Assembly (NCBI GenBank): GCA_008632985.1
Contig: QPGO01000194.1
Coordinates: 1 to 64,000 of the forward strand
Origin: Psammoneis japonica
Lineage: Eukaryota
Direction of reading: 5' to 3'
DNA length: 64,000 nucleotides
Positions 1-11,676 of the stretch are shown one piece after another. The first letter of the stretch is position 1, and every line of letters begins with the position of its first letter. Position numbers and translations under genes: made by a program. The notes under the pieces are model-generated. The model saw only the letters and a list, made by a program, of their open reading frames with translations, was not told where the DNA came from and made no database searches.

Positions 1-1550
1 GTGGAAAGAGTTGTCCAGAGTTTGTTTGAATGCTCCATTCTGCATTGTGCGATCCATCGCGCAATGACAACTCCAACAGCTCGGCCACCCACATGAGATC
101 CCTGATTTGGCCTGTTGATGCATGTGTTCAGTGTTGATGGTTGATGTGTCCAATGACAGAGATGTGGTCCAGGAACTGCAAATGGATCATCAAGCAAGGG
201 ACAATCAGGTGTTTCTGTGGATTTGTAAAAATGAGTTGACATTGTGGAAGTCGTTGCGGAATCCACAACAAAGTGCAACATTTAGGAAACCTTTTCCTGG
301 AAGGAAGGGTTGAAATGTTTCGGACAATTGCACGACAACCCTTGCTGCTTGTGTGACTCAGATCTCCTGATGTTGCCACAACACACCATCAATTGCTGCA
401 AGGTTGTCACACAGACTTTCAACAATGACAATGGCCAAGAGTGGTGCCCAGCAACAGGCGGCTTTCAGAGCCCGCAAAATTGAGGAATTGGGGAAGGAAG
501 AATGGAACAGGTGTGATGCAGCGCGAAAGAGAAAGAGCATCAAGAGAAGGAACCGAGATGCTAAAGTGCTTGAGGAGAGAGTCAAGGCGACAGCCATGTT
601 GCCCCAGAGCAGGTTCCGTCTGACTCCGATCTGCACCCCTGCACCAGCAACATTTCAAAGCCCACAGCCAACAAGAACCACAGAAGAGGCAATGAGGACG
701 AGTCGGAGGATGGCAAAATTTGTGAGTGTGAGCCCTCAAGACTCCCCATCAAGGCAAACAACGGATGCGACTGTGATGATGAGTTGTCGGAGGCCAAGGT
801 TTGTGTTTGTGAGTCCTTGGGCAGAGAGGGACACACGGACAGTGAGGGTGCCAGTGTTGGAGAGCTTGGCAGTCGCAACCATGGCTGGAAAAGGGGCAGT
901 TCCATTCGTTTGCCATTGACAGAGGAATTCCAGATGATCCGTCTTGATTTCCATGATGAAGCTGAACTGTGTGCAGTTGGTGCGAAGATTGTCCAAGAGG
1001 CATTTGAAACCCAAGGCAGGCCTTGGCAATGTTCTTGGTCAAGTTGCTGGTGGCTTGACTGACAAAGTTCGCTGGGACCTCCAGTGCATCCTTGATGGTC
1101 ACAACAATTTTGTGCACAACAAGTGGGTGCACCGTTTGGACAACCCACGTGTGCACAAGGAGGTGTTGGATCGTGTCATCCCAAACTGGGAATTTCATGA
1201 CTGCAATTGCCGTTCACCGCCTGAAACAACTGCTTGATGAGAGTCACATGGAGAATGCAATTCTCAAGTGAAAGCTCAGTCTTTGCCAACTTGATGGCAA
1301 AAATGGCCAACCGGGAAAGCGCCGCCACTGGGGATCCCACTGAATTCTCCAGAAAACTCACAACTCGTAACCAAAATTGCACTGAATTTGCGGAATCCTC
1401 TTGCAATTAACAACGTGTGACCAACTTCTTTGTGACCATTTGTTCATTCCATTGAACTTCTCAATTGTGCTCTCTGCTCACTCCTTTTACGTCAAACTGT
1501 CACCAGTGCCTTGTTGCCCCCACCACAACCCACTTTGCTGCACTTTTGGA
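1..1550. repeat. Dispersed repeat family A, copy 1 (empty-site copy, truncated by window start), with decayed + strand ORF remnants
   Basis: Position 1 aligns to 10725. 1-603 matches 10725-11330 and ~607-1550 matches 18173-19146. Differences are dominated by TG/CA/CG swaps. Confidence 0.9.
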
Positions 1551-3697
1551 ACACAAGAGACCACACAGCAAGAAAAAGAGAGAGAGTGGAGCAAGAGGTG
1601 ACAGAGGGCACAGGTGAAGATCAAGCTGACGGGGAGCCATGCAGCAGCTCTCAGTGGCTGCAAGCAAGGCCCACAGAGGTGGAGCTGGACCAAGGAGAGA
1701 AGATGGAAGAAGGGCTCTTTGACAGGTTAAGAGTTCCAAAAGACAGCCCTGCATGTCAGGCAACAAGCTCCATCAAACAATGGAGCTGCAAATGTCAAAT
1801 GAAAAGAGGGCCAAACAGCAGACTGGTCTGCAAGAAAGTCACAGAGACAGAACTTAACTGTGTCAGATTTCCAATGCAGGTGGTGTGTGTTGCATCCTCC
1901 CAATTGTTGCTCCTTCCTGAGGAGATGCTCCCAAAAGCTTTGCTGCAGGGTTCCTTGCAGGGGCGCTCCATTGGCAACAGCACAACACAAGCTGACCAAG
2001 CACATGGCACTGGGACAGACTGGGAACTTGACAACATGCTTGCCCTTGATGCCCCAACAAACAAGCCATGGGGGTGGGCTGCACTCCCAATTGCTCCTTC
2101 CTGAGAAGATGCTCCCAGATGCCAGATGCAATGCATGACAGTTTGGGTGGCCTGCACAGGGCACAAGAAACTGGCTTGTTGGAAGCACCAGCAGCAGATC
2201 ACCAAGCTTTGCTGCAGGGTTCCTTGCAGGGGTGCTCCATTGGCAACAGCACAACACAAGCTGACCAAGCACATGGCGCTGGAACAGACTGTGAATGGCA
2301 AATGGAAAAGCACCTTTAGATGGCAGCCAGAGCAGATCTCCATCCAAGATCTGCCTCTTTCAGCTCTTTCTCACACCAGCACTCATGTCATCACAGTTGT
2401 CAGCACAACTTCTTTTGGCCTTTCCATCATGTTTCTTTGGTTTCATGTTCATTGTGTCACTTTTTTGCATTGCCTGGATGTGGTTTGCAAAATGAAAAAG
2501 CAGAAGACCATGAGCATGTGCTTTGTGCATGGTTGTGCTGGCACCAGCTCATGCACACAGACTGATCTCAAAATTGCAGTCTTTTGCATCACTCTGAAGT
2601 GAGCATGATGGCAGCAACCCTCCCATGCACTCACCTCTGTCATCTGAAGTTGCCACAGTTGTTGCATCACAAGTGCAGCAAATTTGTTTTTCAGCAGAAA
2701 ATCACAAGCCATTTTGGCCAAATTTGAAGACAAAGAGTGGCAGCCAGCCACCCTTAAAAGGAGCTTTCTGAGCTTTTAAAAAACCTCAATGATGCCACAA
2801 AGTCACCACTTGTGTTGACAAATGAACACAACAAACCAAATTGTTCACTTTCCTTGTTCAATTCTGCCTTCTTTTGTTTCAAAGTTCTGCTGTTTTGTGA
2901 GTCATGACCATCTCTGGCAACTGCACCAAAGTGCACAGCTTGACCCAAGAGAGACAAACCATGCTTCTTGATCCAAAAAAAGACAACCCATCAACTGTGC
3001 ACTCTTGGCTGCAATGCCAACCAGCACAATGGTTTGCTGCTTGCACAGCATTTTGCACTTGTGCACAAATTTGGGTCAGTCATGTTGATCTGCCAAAATG
3101 ATGTTTCACTCAATTGCAGCTTTCAATCCACTTTTAAATGCCACACAATGAGCCTCATTGTTGCAATGAGCACCTTGGCTTGAATTTGTCCTTGCACAAC
3201 TCAGGCCATTGTGGGTTTGTCTTTTGCATTGCCTGCCTCTTTGGAACAAGCATGTGAGCCCTTGGTGGCTTGGTCAAATGCTTGTTCATTGGTTTTGGCA
3301 CTCCACTTCTCTTGTCCAATTTTTTCATGTGGAAGCTCCTTGTCACCTTCAGGAACTGTGTGCACCCCCTTCTTCATCAGAAGCTAAAGACTTCTAAACA
3401 GCATCATTTTTCAGCTCATCCTTCAATGCAGAACAGACTGTTTGCACCCAGCATTTTTGCTGCAACTCTTGGGCTCAAAGTTGTCAAAATGAACAGCCAA
3501 ATGAGAGAACATTTTTAAAACCAACCAACATCCATGCCATGGTGGTCATCTTTGGCAAGTTTTTGCATGGGTGAGGGCACTCTGTTGTTCTTTGTGCACT
3601 TTGATGGTGCTGTTCTGACATCATTCAGGATGGGACAGAGCAAGCTTGGGACCACTTGCACCATCAATTGCTCTCCAGTTTCCAGTTTTGTCACACC
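1550..3697. repeat. Dispersed repeat family B, copy 1
   Basis: Colinear with 19801-22267. This copy lacks ~21170-21481 and has an internal duplication ~1935-2010/2204-2290. Confidence 0.85.
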
Positions 3698-4674
3698 TGG
3701 GTTGGTTCTCATTTTCAAGGTGGAGCTGTGAAGATCCACTGTTGCACAGGCTCATTTCAAGTGCTTGTCCCATGCCTTCAGTTGCTCTAGAAGCCAGCCA
3801 CCAGCAGCGATGCTGTCATCCAAGATTTCTCCATGTCCAAGAGTGCAAAGGCATCCCAGTGAGAAAGATTCTTGCCCAATCACTTTAACAAGCATGTTGG
3901 CAGAACAGCCAAGACAGCAGACAAGTCTTTGTCATCTTTGCATTCAGCAAACGTCAACTGGGTGCAATCTTGCATGTTCTGTGGATGTGTTCTGAGCTCT
4001 CCTTGTTCTGCACAAAATGACACACCGCACCCATCTGACTGTCCAGAGCAGTGATCATTTGTTCGTTGGACCATTTGACAGGCTCAATGGCACTGTTCCA
4101 TCAGTGCTGTGGCAAGATGCACTGTGGTTGCAGCAAAATTGACAGCAGTGTGCCAGCACACAGCATGGTTTCTTTTTGGTGCATCTGGTTGGCTGCATCA
4201 TGAAGGTGCAACGTCATGCAGTTGTGTTGATCCAGTCCTTGGCTGACCACTCACTGTCAGAAGATTGAAAAACAAAGCTGAAAAAGAAATCAAAATGTGT
4301 TGATGGACAATGCCAGAGCCATCCGTCACCAGGGGTGACCCAGAGTTGGAGCTCTGGTCATGTGCGGAGAGCCACAAAGGGTGCAAGGCATGGGCTGTGA
4401 GCAAAAACTCTGTGAACTCATGAACACTGCAAAACAACATTGACAAAACAAAGGATCAAGCTTGCTGCAATGTGGCTTGTGTGGTGCTTGTTGTGGGCTT
4501 GTGCACAGCTTCTGCATTGGCCCTCTGATGCAAAAGCAGATTGCAGAAGACAGCCCCTGTTTGTGCATGGGCAGGCACAGACCACTGTCTCTCATTGGTT
4601 CCCAGTGTGTGCCAAACAATCAATGGGTTGATTGCTCATCTCTTTCTGGGCTCTTTGACTGGTTGGTTGTTCTG

Positions 4675-5130
4675 AAAGACAGCACTGCATGTCAGGCAAT
4701 GAGAGTTCCATCAACCAATGGAGCTGCAAACATCAAATGAAAGGAGCGCCAAACAGCAGCCTGGCCTGCAAGACAGTCATCATGCAGACAGAACTTGATG
4801 GTGTCAGATTTCCAATGCAGGTGTGTGACATAAAAAGCACTGCCATGGCTGTCACTCTCTTTGAGTGCAACACCCAACATTTGATGTGCCATTGCAAGTG
4901 GCAGAAAGGGGGGGCAGGGTGCACTGCTTCACCACACAAGTGTCTTGGAGGAACTTGATGACACACTTGCCCTCAAGGCCAGCACCAAACAAGCCAGAGC
5001 AGGGTTGTTTTTGCACTCTTGATGGCTCCTGAGGAGATGCTCTCAAATGCCAGGCAGCATGAGCAGTGGATCACAAAGCATTGCTGCAGGGTTCCTTGCA
5101 GGGGCACTCTGTTGGCAATGGCACAACAAG
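4675..5130. repeat. Partial, more diverged third copy of family B
   Basis: Matches ~20000-20500 (gcatgtcaggcaa...gtgtcagatttccaatgcaggt...gctgcagggttccttgcagggg). Confidence 0.75.
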
Positions 5131-5451
5131 CATGATCAACATCCATGGATGGAAAACCAGGGCACAGGAGCATGGTGAACTTGCTCCATTTTGTTAAAGC
5201 ACATGGAGTGGTTGCAACAAGCATGAGTGCACTTGCTGTCCCACCACTTGAGAAGATTGCTGCAAATCCTGCTTGTTTTGTTGTGAGCCACCTGCAGACA
5301 ATTGGTGATTGCTGCACTGGGGGATGTTTTCAGCTGGCAGCTGTCTGGAAAATCTGTTGCAAAATTTGTGCCAAAAGAGTCTAATGATCAGTGCAACTGG
5401 TGGTTTTGTCCAGTTTTGGTGAACACTGGACAAACTGGATGTCTTTTTTTG

Positions 5452-5960
5452 CACATGCTGCCACCCTGAAGTGAGACAAGAGACCACACAGCAAGGAAAA
5501 AGAGAGTGAGCGGAGCAAGAGGTGACGGAGGGCACAGGTGAAAATGAAACTCATGGGGAGCCATGCAGCAGGTCTCAGTGGCTGCAAGCAAGGCGCACAG
5601 AGGTGAAACTGGACCAAGGAGAGAACATCCATGATGTTCAGCCCTCCCCATTAAAATGTCTTTTAAACCCAGCCCCTGTTGTGGACCCTGAAACACCCAA
5701 AGTGTCATGGTCTGCAATGTTCTTGTGGATGTCCATGACATCCGTGACAGTGACTTTGGGAACTCCATGACATCTGTGACATCACAAACTCAGTGTCAAA
5801 TTAGCTGAGACACCTTTTTTGTTGTGGACTCAAGTTTTTGTGGATTCTGTGACATCCATGATGAAATGGAGTCAGCGACATTGACTGTGTTCAGCACAGC
5901 CCATTGAAATGTCTTGGAAACTCAGCAACTGTTGTGGACTTTGCAACACCCAAACTGTCA
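5452..5960. repeat. ~500-bp module duplicated at ~7897-8422; its first ~150 bp also occur at ~1553 and ~19780
   Basis: acatgctgccaccctgaagtgagacaagagaccacacagcaaggaaaaagagag is shared at 5452 and ~7900, with colinear downstream sequence. Confidence 0.85.
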
Positions 5961-6089
5961 TGGTGTGCCAATGTCCAGCACTCCCCATTAAAATGTCTTG
6001 GAAACCCAGCCACTTTGTGGACTTTGCATCACCCAAACTGTCAAGGCCTCCATGACATTGGTTGTGTCATGGACTCTGTGACATCCGCC

Positions 6090-9000
6090 AGCACTCCAAA
6101 ATGAAACAGCTGAGAAACCTTGCCCTTGTTCCAGACTCTGCAACATCCACAGTGTTGCGGACTCTGTGACATCTGCCCTCACTGCAAAATGAAACAGTTG
6201 AGAAACCTTGTCCTTGTTGCAGACTCTGCAACATCCACAGTGTCATGGAATCCATGACATCCGTGACATCTGGACTCTGCGACATCCGCCCGCAGTCCAA
6301 AATGAAACAGTTGAGAAACCCTGTCCTTGTTGCAGACTCTGCAACATCCACAGTGTCACGGATTCCATGACATCCGTGACGTCTGGACTCTGTGAGATCT
6401 GCCTGCAGTCCAAAATGAAACAGCTGAGAAACCTTGTTCTTGTTGCAGACTCTGCAATGCCCACAGTGTCATGGACTCCATGACATCCACAATGTCATGG
6501 CCTCCATGACATCCACCACACTCCAAAATGAAACAGTTGAGAAACCTTGTCCTTGATGCAGACTCACAGTGTCACAGACTCCATGGCATCTGCCACATCA
6601 TGGCCTCCTTGACATCCACCAAACTCCAAAATGAAACAGTTGAGAAACCTTGTCCTTGTTGCACACTCTGCAACATCCACAGTGAGGAAGACTCCATGAC
6701 ATCCGTGATGTCATGGACTCCACAACATCCACCCATGCTCCAAAATGAAACAGTTGAGAAATCTTGTCTTTGTTGCAGACTCTGCAACATCCACAGTGTC
6801 ACAGAATCTGTGGCATCCATGAGGACATGGACTCCGTGACATCCGCCCGCACTCCAAAATGAAACAGTTGAGAAACCTTTTCCTTGTTGCAGACTCTGTG
6901 ACACCCACAGTGCAATGGAATCCATGATGTCCGTGATGTCATGGACTCCATGACATCTGCCCACACTCCAAAATGAAACAGCTGAGAAACCTTGTCCTTG
7001 TTGCAGACTCTGCAACATCCACAGTGTGGCAGACTCTGTGACATCCGTGACATCATGGACTCTGTGACATCTGCCTGTTCTCCAAAATGAAACAGTTGAG
7101 AAACCTTGTCCTTGTTGCAGACTCTGCAACATCCACAGTGTCATGGAATCCATGACATCCGTGATGACATGGACTCCGTGACATCCGCCCTCACTCTAAA
7201 ATGAATCAGTTGAGAAACCTTGTCCTTGTTGCAGACTCTGCAACACCCACAGTGTCACAGAATCTATGACATCCATGATGTCATGGACTCTGTGACATCC
7301 ATGACTTCATGCACTCCACAACAAAAAAAGTGGAGTCCTTGTTGTGGACTGAGAAACCTTTTCCTTGTTGCAGACTCTGTGACATCCACAGTGCAATGGA
7401 ATCCATGACGTCTGTGATGTCACAGACTCCGTGACATCTGCCCACACTCCAAAATGAAACAGTTGAGAAACCTTGTCCTTGTTGCAGACTCTGCAACATC
7501 CACAGTGAGGTGGGCTCCATGACATCCATGACATCATGGACTCCGCAACATCCACCAATGCTCCAAAATGAAATGGTTGAGAAACCTTGTCCTTGTTGCA
7601 GACTCTGCAACATCCACAGTGCGGCAGACTCTGTGATTTCCGTGACATCATGGATTCTGTGACATCCGCCGGTTCTCCAAAGTGAAATGGCTGAGAAACC
7701 TTTTCCTTGTTGCAGACTCTGCAACATTCACAGTGTCACGGAATCCATGACATCCATGATGTCATGGACTCAATGACATCCACAATGTCATGCACTCCAC
7801 AACAAAACAGTGGAGCCCTTGTTGTGGACTCTGCAACACCAAAAGTGTTGTCTGTTCCATGACATCTGTGATGTCATGGACTCTGTGACATCTGTCCACA
7901 CATGCTGCCACCCTGAAGTGAGACAAGAGACCACACAGCAAGGAAAAAGAGAGAGAGCAGAGCAAGAAGCAACAGAGGGCACAGGTGAAGATGAAGCTCA
8001 CAAGGAGCCATGCAGCAGCTCAAGCAAGGCCCACAGAGGTGGAGCTGGACCAAGGAGAGAACATCCATGATGTTCAGCCCTCCCCATTAAAATGTCTTGG
8101 AAACCCAGCCCCTGTTGTGGACCTTGCAACACCCAAAGTGTCATGGTCTGCAATGTCATGGATTCTGTGAGATCAATGATTTCATGGACTCTGTGACATC
8201 CATGACAGTGACTTCAGGAACTCCATGACATCCGCGACATCACAAACTGAACATCAGATCAGCTGAGACACCTTTTTTGTTCTGGACTCAAGTTTTTGTG
8301 GATTCTGTGACATCCATGATGAAATGGAATCAGCAACATTGATGATGTTCAGCACGGCCCATTAAAATGTCTTGGAAACCCAGCCACTGTTGTGGACTTT
8401 GCAACACCCAAACTGTCTTGGTGCCCCCACTCCAAAATGAAGCAGCTCAGAAACCTTGCCTGTGTTCCAGACTCTGCAACATCCACAGTGTCACAGACTC
8501 TGTGACATCCATGACATCATGGACTCCATGACATCCGCCCTCATTCTCTATGATGAAACAGCTGAGAAACCTTGTCCTTGTTGCAGACTCTGCAACATCC
8601 AGAGTGTCACGGAATCCATGACATCCATGACATCTGGACTCCGTGACATCCGCCCGCAGTCCAAAATGAAACAGTTGAGAGACCTTGTCCTTGTTGCAGA
8701 CTCTGCAACACCCACAGTGTCACAGACTCAGTGACATCTGTGACATCATGGACTTTGTGACATTGGCCCTGGCTCTAAAACGAAACAGCTGAGAAACCTT
8801 GCAGACTCTGCAACATCCACAGTGTCACGGAATCCATGACATCTGTGATGTCTGGACTCTGTGACATCCGCCCACAGTCCAAAAAGAAACAGTTGAGAAA
8901 CCTTGTCCTTGTTGCAAACTCTGCAACACCCACAGTGTCACAGAATCCATGACATCCATGATGTCATGGACTCCGTGACATCCATGACTTCATGCACTCC

Positions 9001-10570
9001 ACAACAAAAAAGTGGAGTCCTTGTTGTGGACTCTGCAACACCCAAAGTGTTGTGGATTCCATGACATCCATGATTTTTTGGACTCTGCGACATCCACCTG
9101 CACTCCAAAATGAAACAGTTGAGAAACCATGTCCTTGTTGCAGACTCTGTAACATCCAAGTTGTTGTGGAGCCTGTGACATCCATGACATCATGGACTCC
9201 ATGACATCCATGATGTTCAGCGCTCCCCATTAAAATGTCTTTGAAACCCAGCCCCTGTTGTTGACTCTGCAACACCCAAACTGTCACAGACTCCATGACA
9301 TCCATGGCATCATGGACTCTGTGACATCCACCTGCACTCCAGAACAAAATGGCTGAGAAAGAACCTTGTCCAACTTTCTGAAACACCTTTTTTGTTGTGG
9401 ACTCAAGTTGTTGTGGATTCTGTGACATCCATGATGTCAATCCATGACACTCATGATGTTCAGCACTCCCCATTGAAATGTCTTGGAATCCCAGCCCCTG
9501 TTGTGGACTCTACAGTGCCCAAACTGTTGTGGACCCCATGACATCTGTGACATCATGGACTCCATGACATCCACCTGCACTCCAAAATAAAATGGCTGAG
9601 AAACCTTGTCCTTGTTGCAGACTCTGCAACATTTGCAGTGTTGCAGACTCTGTGACATCTGCCCTCACTCCAAAATGAAACATCCACAATGTCACGCACT
9701 CCACAACAAAACAGTGGAGCCCTTGTTGTGGACTCTGCAACACCAAAAGTGTTGTCTGTTCCATGACATCTGTGATGTCATGGACTCTGTGACATCCGTC
9801 TGCACTTCACAATGAAACATCTGAGAAACCTTGTCCTTTTTGCAGACTCTGCAACATCCACATTTTGTTCTGGAATCTGTGACATCCATGATGTCACGGA
9901 TCCTGTGACATCAGTGACACCATGGACTTGGTGACATTTGTGACATCACAAACTCCACAAAGAAACAGTTGAAGATTCCATGAAGCACAGTGTCGCGGAT
10001 TCCCTGACATCTGCAATGTCATGGACTCCATGACATCTGGGACATCACACACTCAACAACAAAACAGTTGAGAAACTTTGTTTTGTTGTGGACTCTGCAA
10101 CATCAAAATTTGTTGTGGATTCTGTGACATCCATGATGTGTCATGGTTTCCATGACATCCATGATGTTCAGCGCCCCCATTGAAATGTCTTGGAAACCCA
10201 GCCCCTGTTTTGGACTCTGCAGCCCCCAAAGTGTCATGGATTCCATGACACCCATGATTTCATGGACTCTGCAACATCTGTCCTTGCTTCACAATGAAGC
10301 AGTTGAGAAACCTTGTCCTTGTTGCAGAAAAGTTTGAGAAACCCAGCCCTTGTTGTGGGCTGCCCAACATCTGCAATGTCACAGATGCTGTGACATGATC
10401 TGCAATGTTGTGCAACAAAAGAGCTTGGAAACCTTTTCCTTGTTGCAGATTCTTCATCATCCACATTGTCACAGATTCCATGCCATCCATGATGTCATGG
10501 ACTCCATGACATCCATGACATCACACACTCCACAACCAAGCAGTTGAGAAACCTTGTCCTTGTTGCGGGC
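6090..10570. repeat. Degenerate tandem array, ~114-bp unit built from 9-bp subrepeats and GANTC-centred palindromes
   Basis: ctccaaaatg-type unit starts at 6738, 6852, 6966, 7080, 7194 (period 114). Recurrent tgttgcaga-c-tctgcaaca and tgtcatgga-N-tccatgaca. Confidence 0.92.
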
Positions 10571-10724
10571 TCTGCACTGTTTCTCAATCACACCAACACT
10601 GTGTTTCAATTGTCAGTCAATGTGGTGTTGGGAGACTCATGTGTGCAGCTGTTGGCAGTGTGGCAGAATGGACTCTCTGCTGGCGGCAGCCAGGAACAGA
10701 AAAGGTGCTCTCTGCTGCGGCAGA

Positions 10725-11330
10725 GCAGAAAGAGTTGTCCAGAGTTTGTTTGAATGCACCATTCTGCATCACGCGATCCATCGTGCAATGACAATTCCAA
10801 CAGCTTGGCTGCCCACATGAGATCCCTGATGTGGCCTGTTGATGCATGTGTTCAGTGTTGATGGTTGATGTCTCTAATGACAGAGATGCAGTCCAGGAAC
10901 TGCAAATGGATCATCAAGCAAGGGACAATCAGGTGTTTCTGTGGATTTGTAAAAATGGGCTTGTGTTGCGGAAGTCATTACGGAATCTGCAAAGAGGTGC
11001 AATGTTTGGGGAACCTTTTCCTCGAAGAAAGGGTTGAAATGTTTTGGATGCCCACATGACAACGCTTGCCACTTGTGTGACTCAGATCTCCTGACATTGC
11101 CACAACACACCATCAATTGCTGCAAGGTTTTCACACAGACTTTCAGCAATGACAATGGCCAAGAGCGGTGCCCAGCAACACAGGCAGATTTCAGAGCCCG
11201 CAAAATTGAGGAATTGGGGAAGGAAGAATGGAGCAGGCATGAAGCAGTGCAAAAGAGAGAGAGTGTCGAGAGAAGGAACAGAGATGCCAAGGCACTTGAG
11301 GAGAGAGTCAAGGTGATGGCTGCGTTGCTG
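10725..11330. repeat. Family A copy 2, left part (interrupted by the copia insertion)
   Basis: Aligns with 1-603 and stops at the LTR edge. Confidence 0.9.
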
Positions 11331-11512
11331 CAAACAAATCTCGATGCAACGAAAGAACAAGCACGATGCCTTAAGTCTAAATGGGAAGTGGCAACACTGT
11401 CAATGCAAACCTAAACCTGATTAGATTGTGAGCGTGTCACTGCAGCACCACTCGATCCACACATCTTAACCAACCACCAATTGTGACATGGCCCTCCATC
11501 CAGATTTACTTG
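11331..11512 (-). repeat. 3' LTR (182 bp)
   Basis: Ungapped match to 17987-18168 with 15 differences by hand alignment, all transitions. Confidence 0.92.
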
Positions 11513-11676
11513 GTCCCCGTGAAACGGCAATGACAATGCCGATTCGTCTGAACATGTAACATCCTCTCACAGAGAGGCAAACCACAAGAACCCAAATTAA
11601 ACCACCAGACATGCTGGCTTGGGAGGCCACGATACGTGGACGCGAGCCACAGGTGCCTGGCCTTGGTGTCGGGACA

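Noticed and set aside
6090..10570. CRISPR-like array or 38-aa repeat protein
   Set aside because: No unique spacers and no cas genes, in a eukaryotic context. All frames are interrupted and the short ORFs arise from stop-codon scarcity.
10575..10640. Imperfect hairpin at the array/family A junction as a Helitron end
   Set aside because: Weak pairing, and no CTRR terminus or Rep/helicase remnant recognised.
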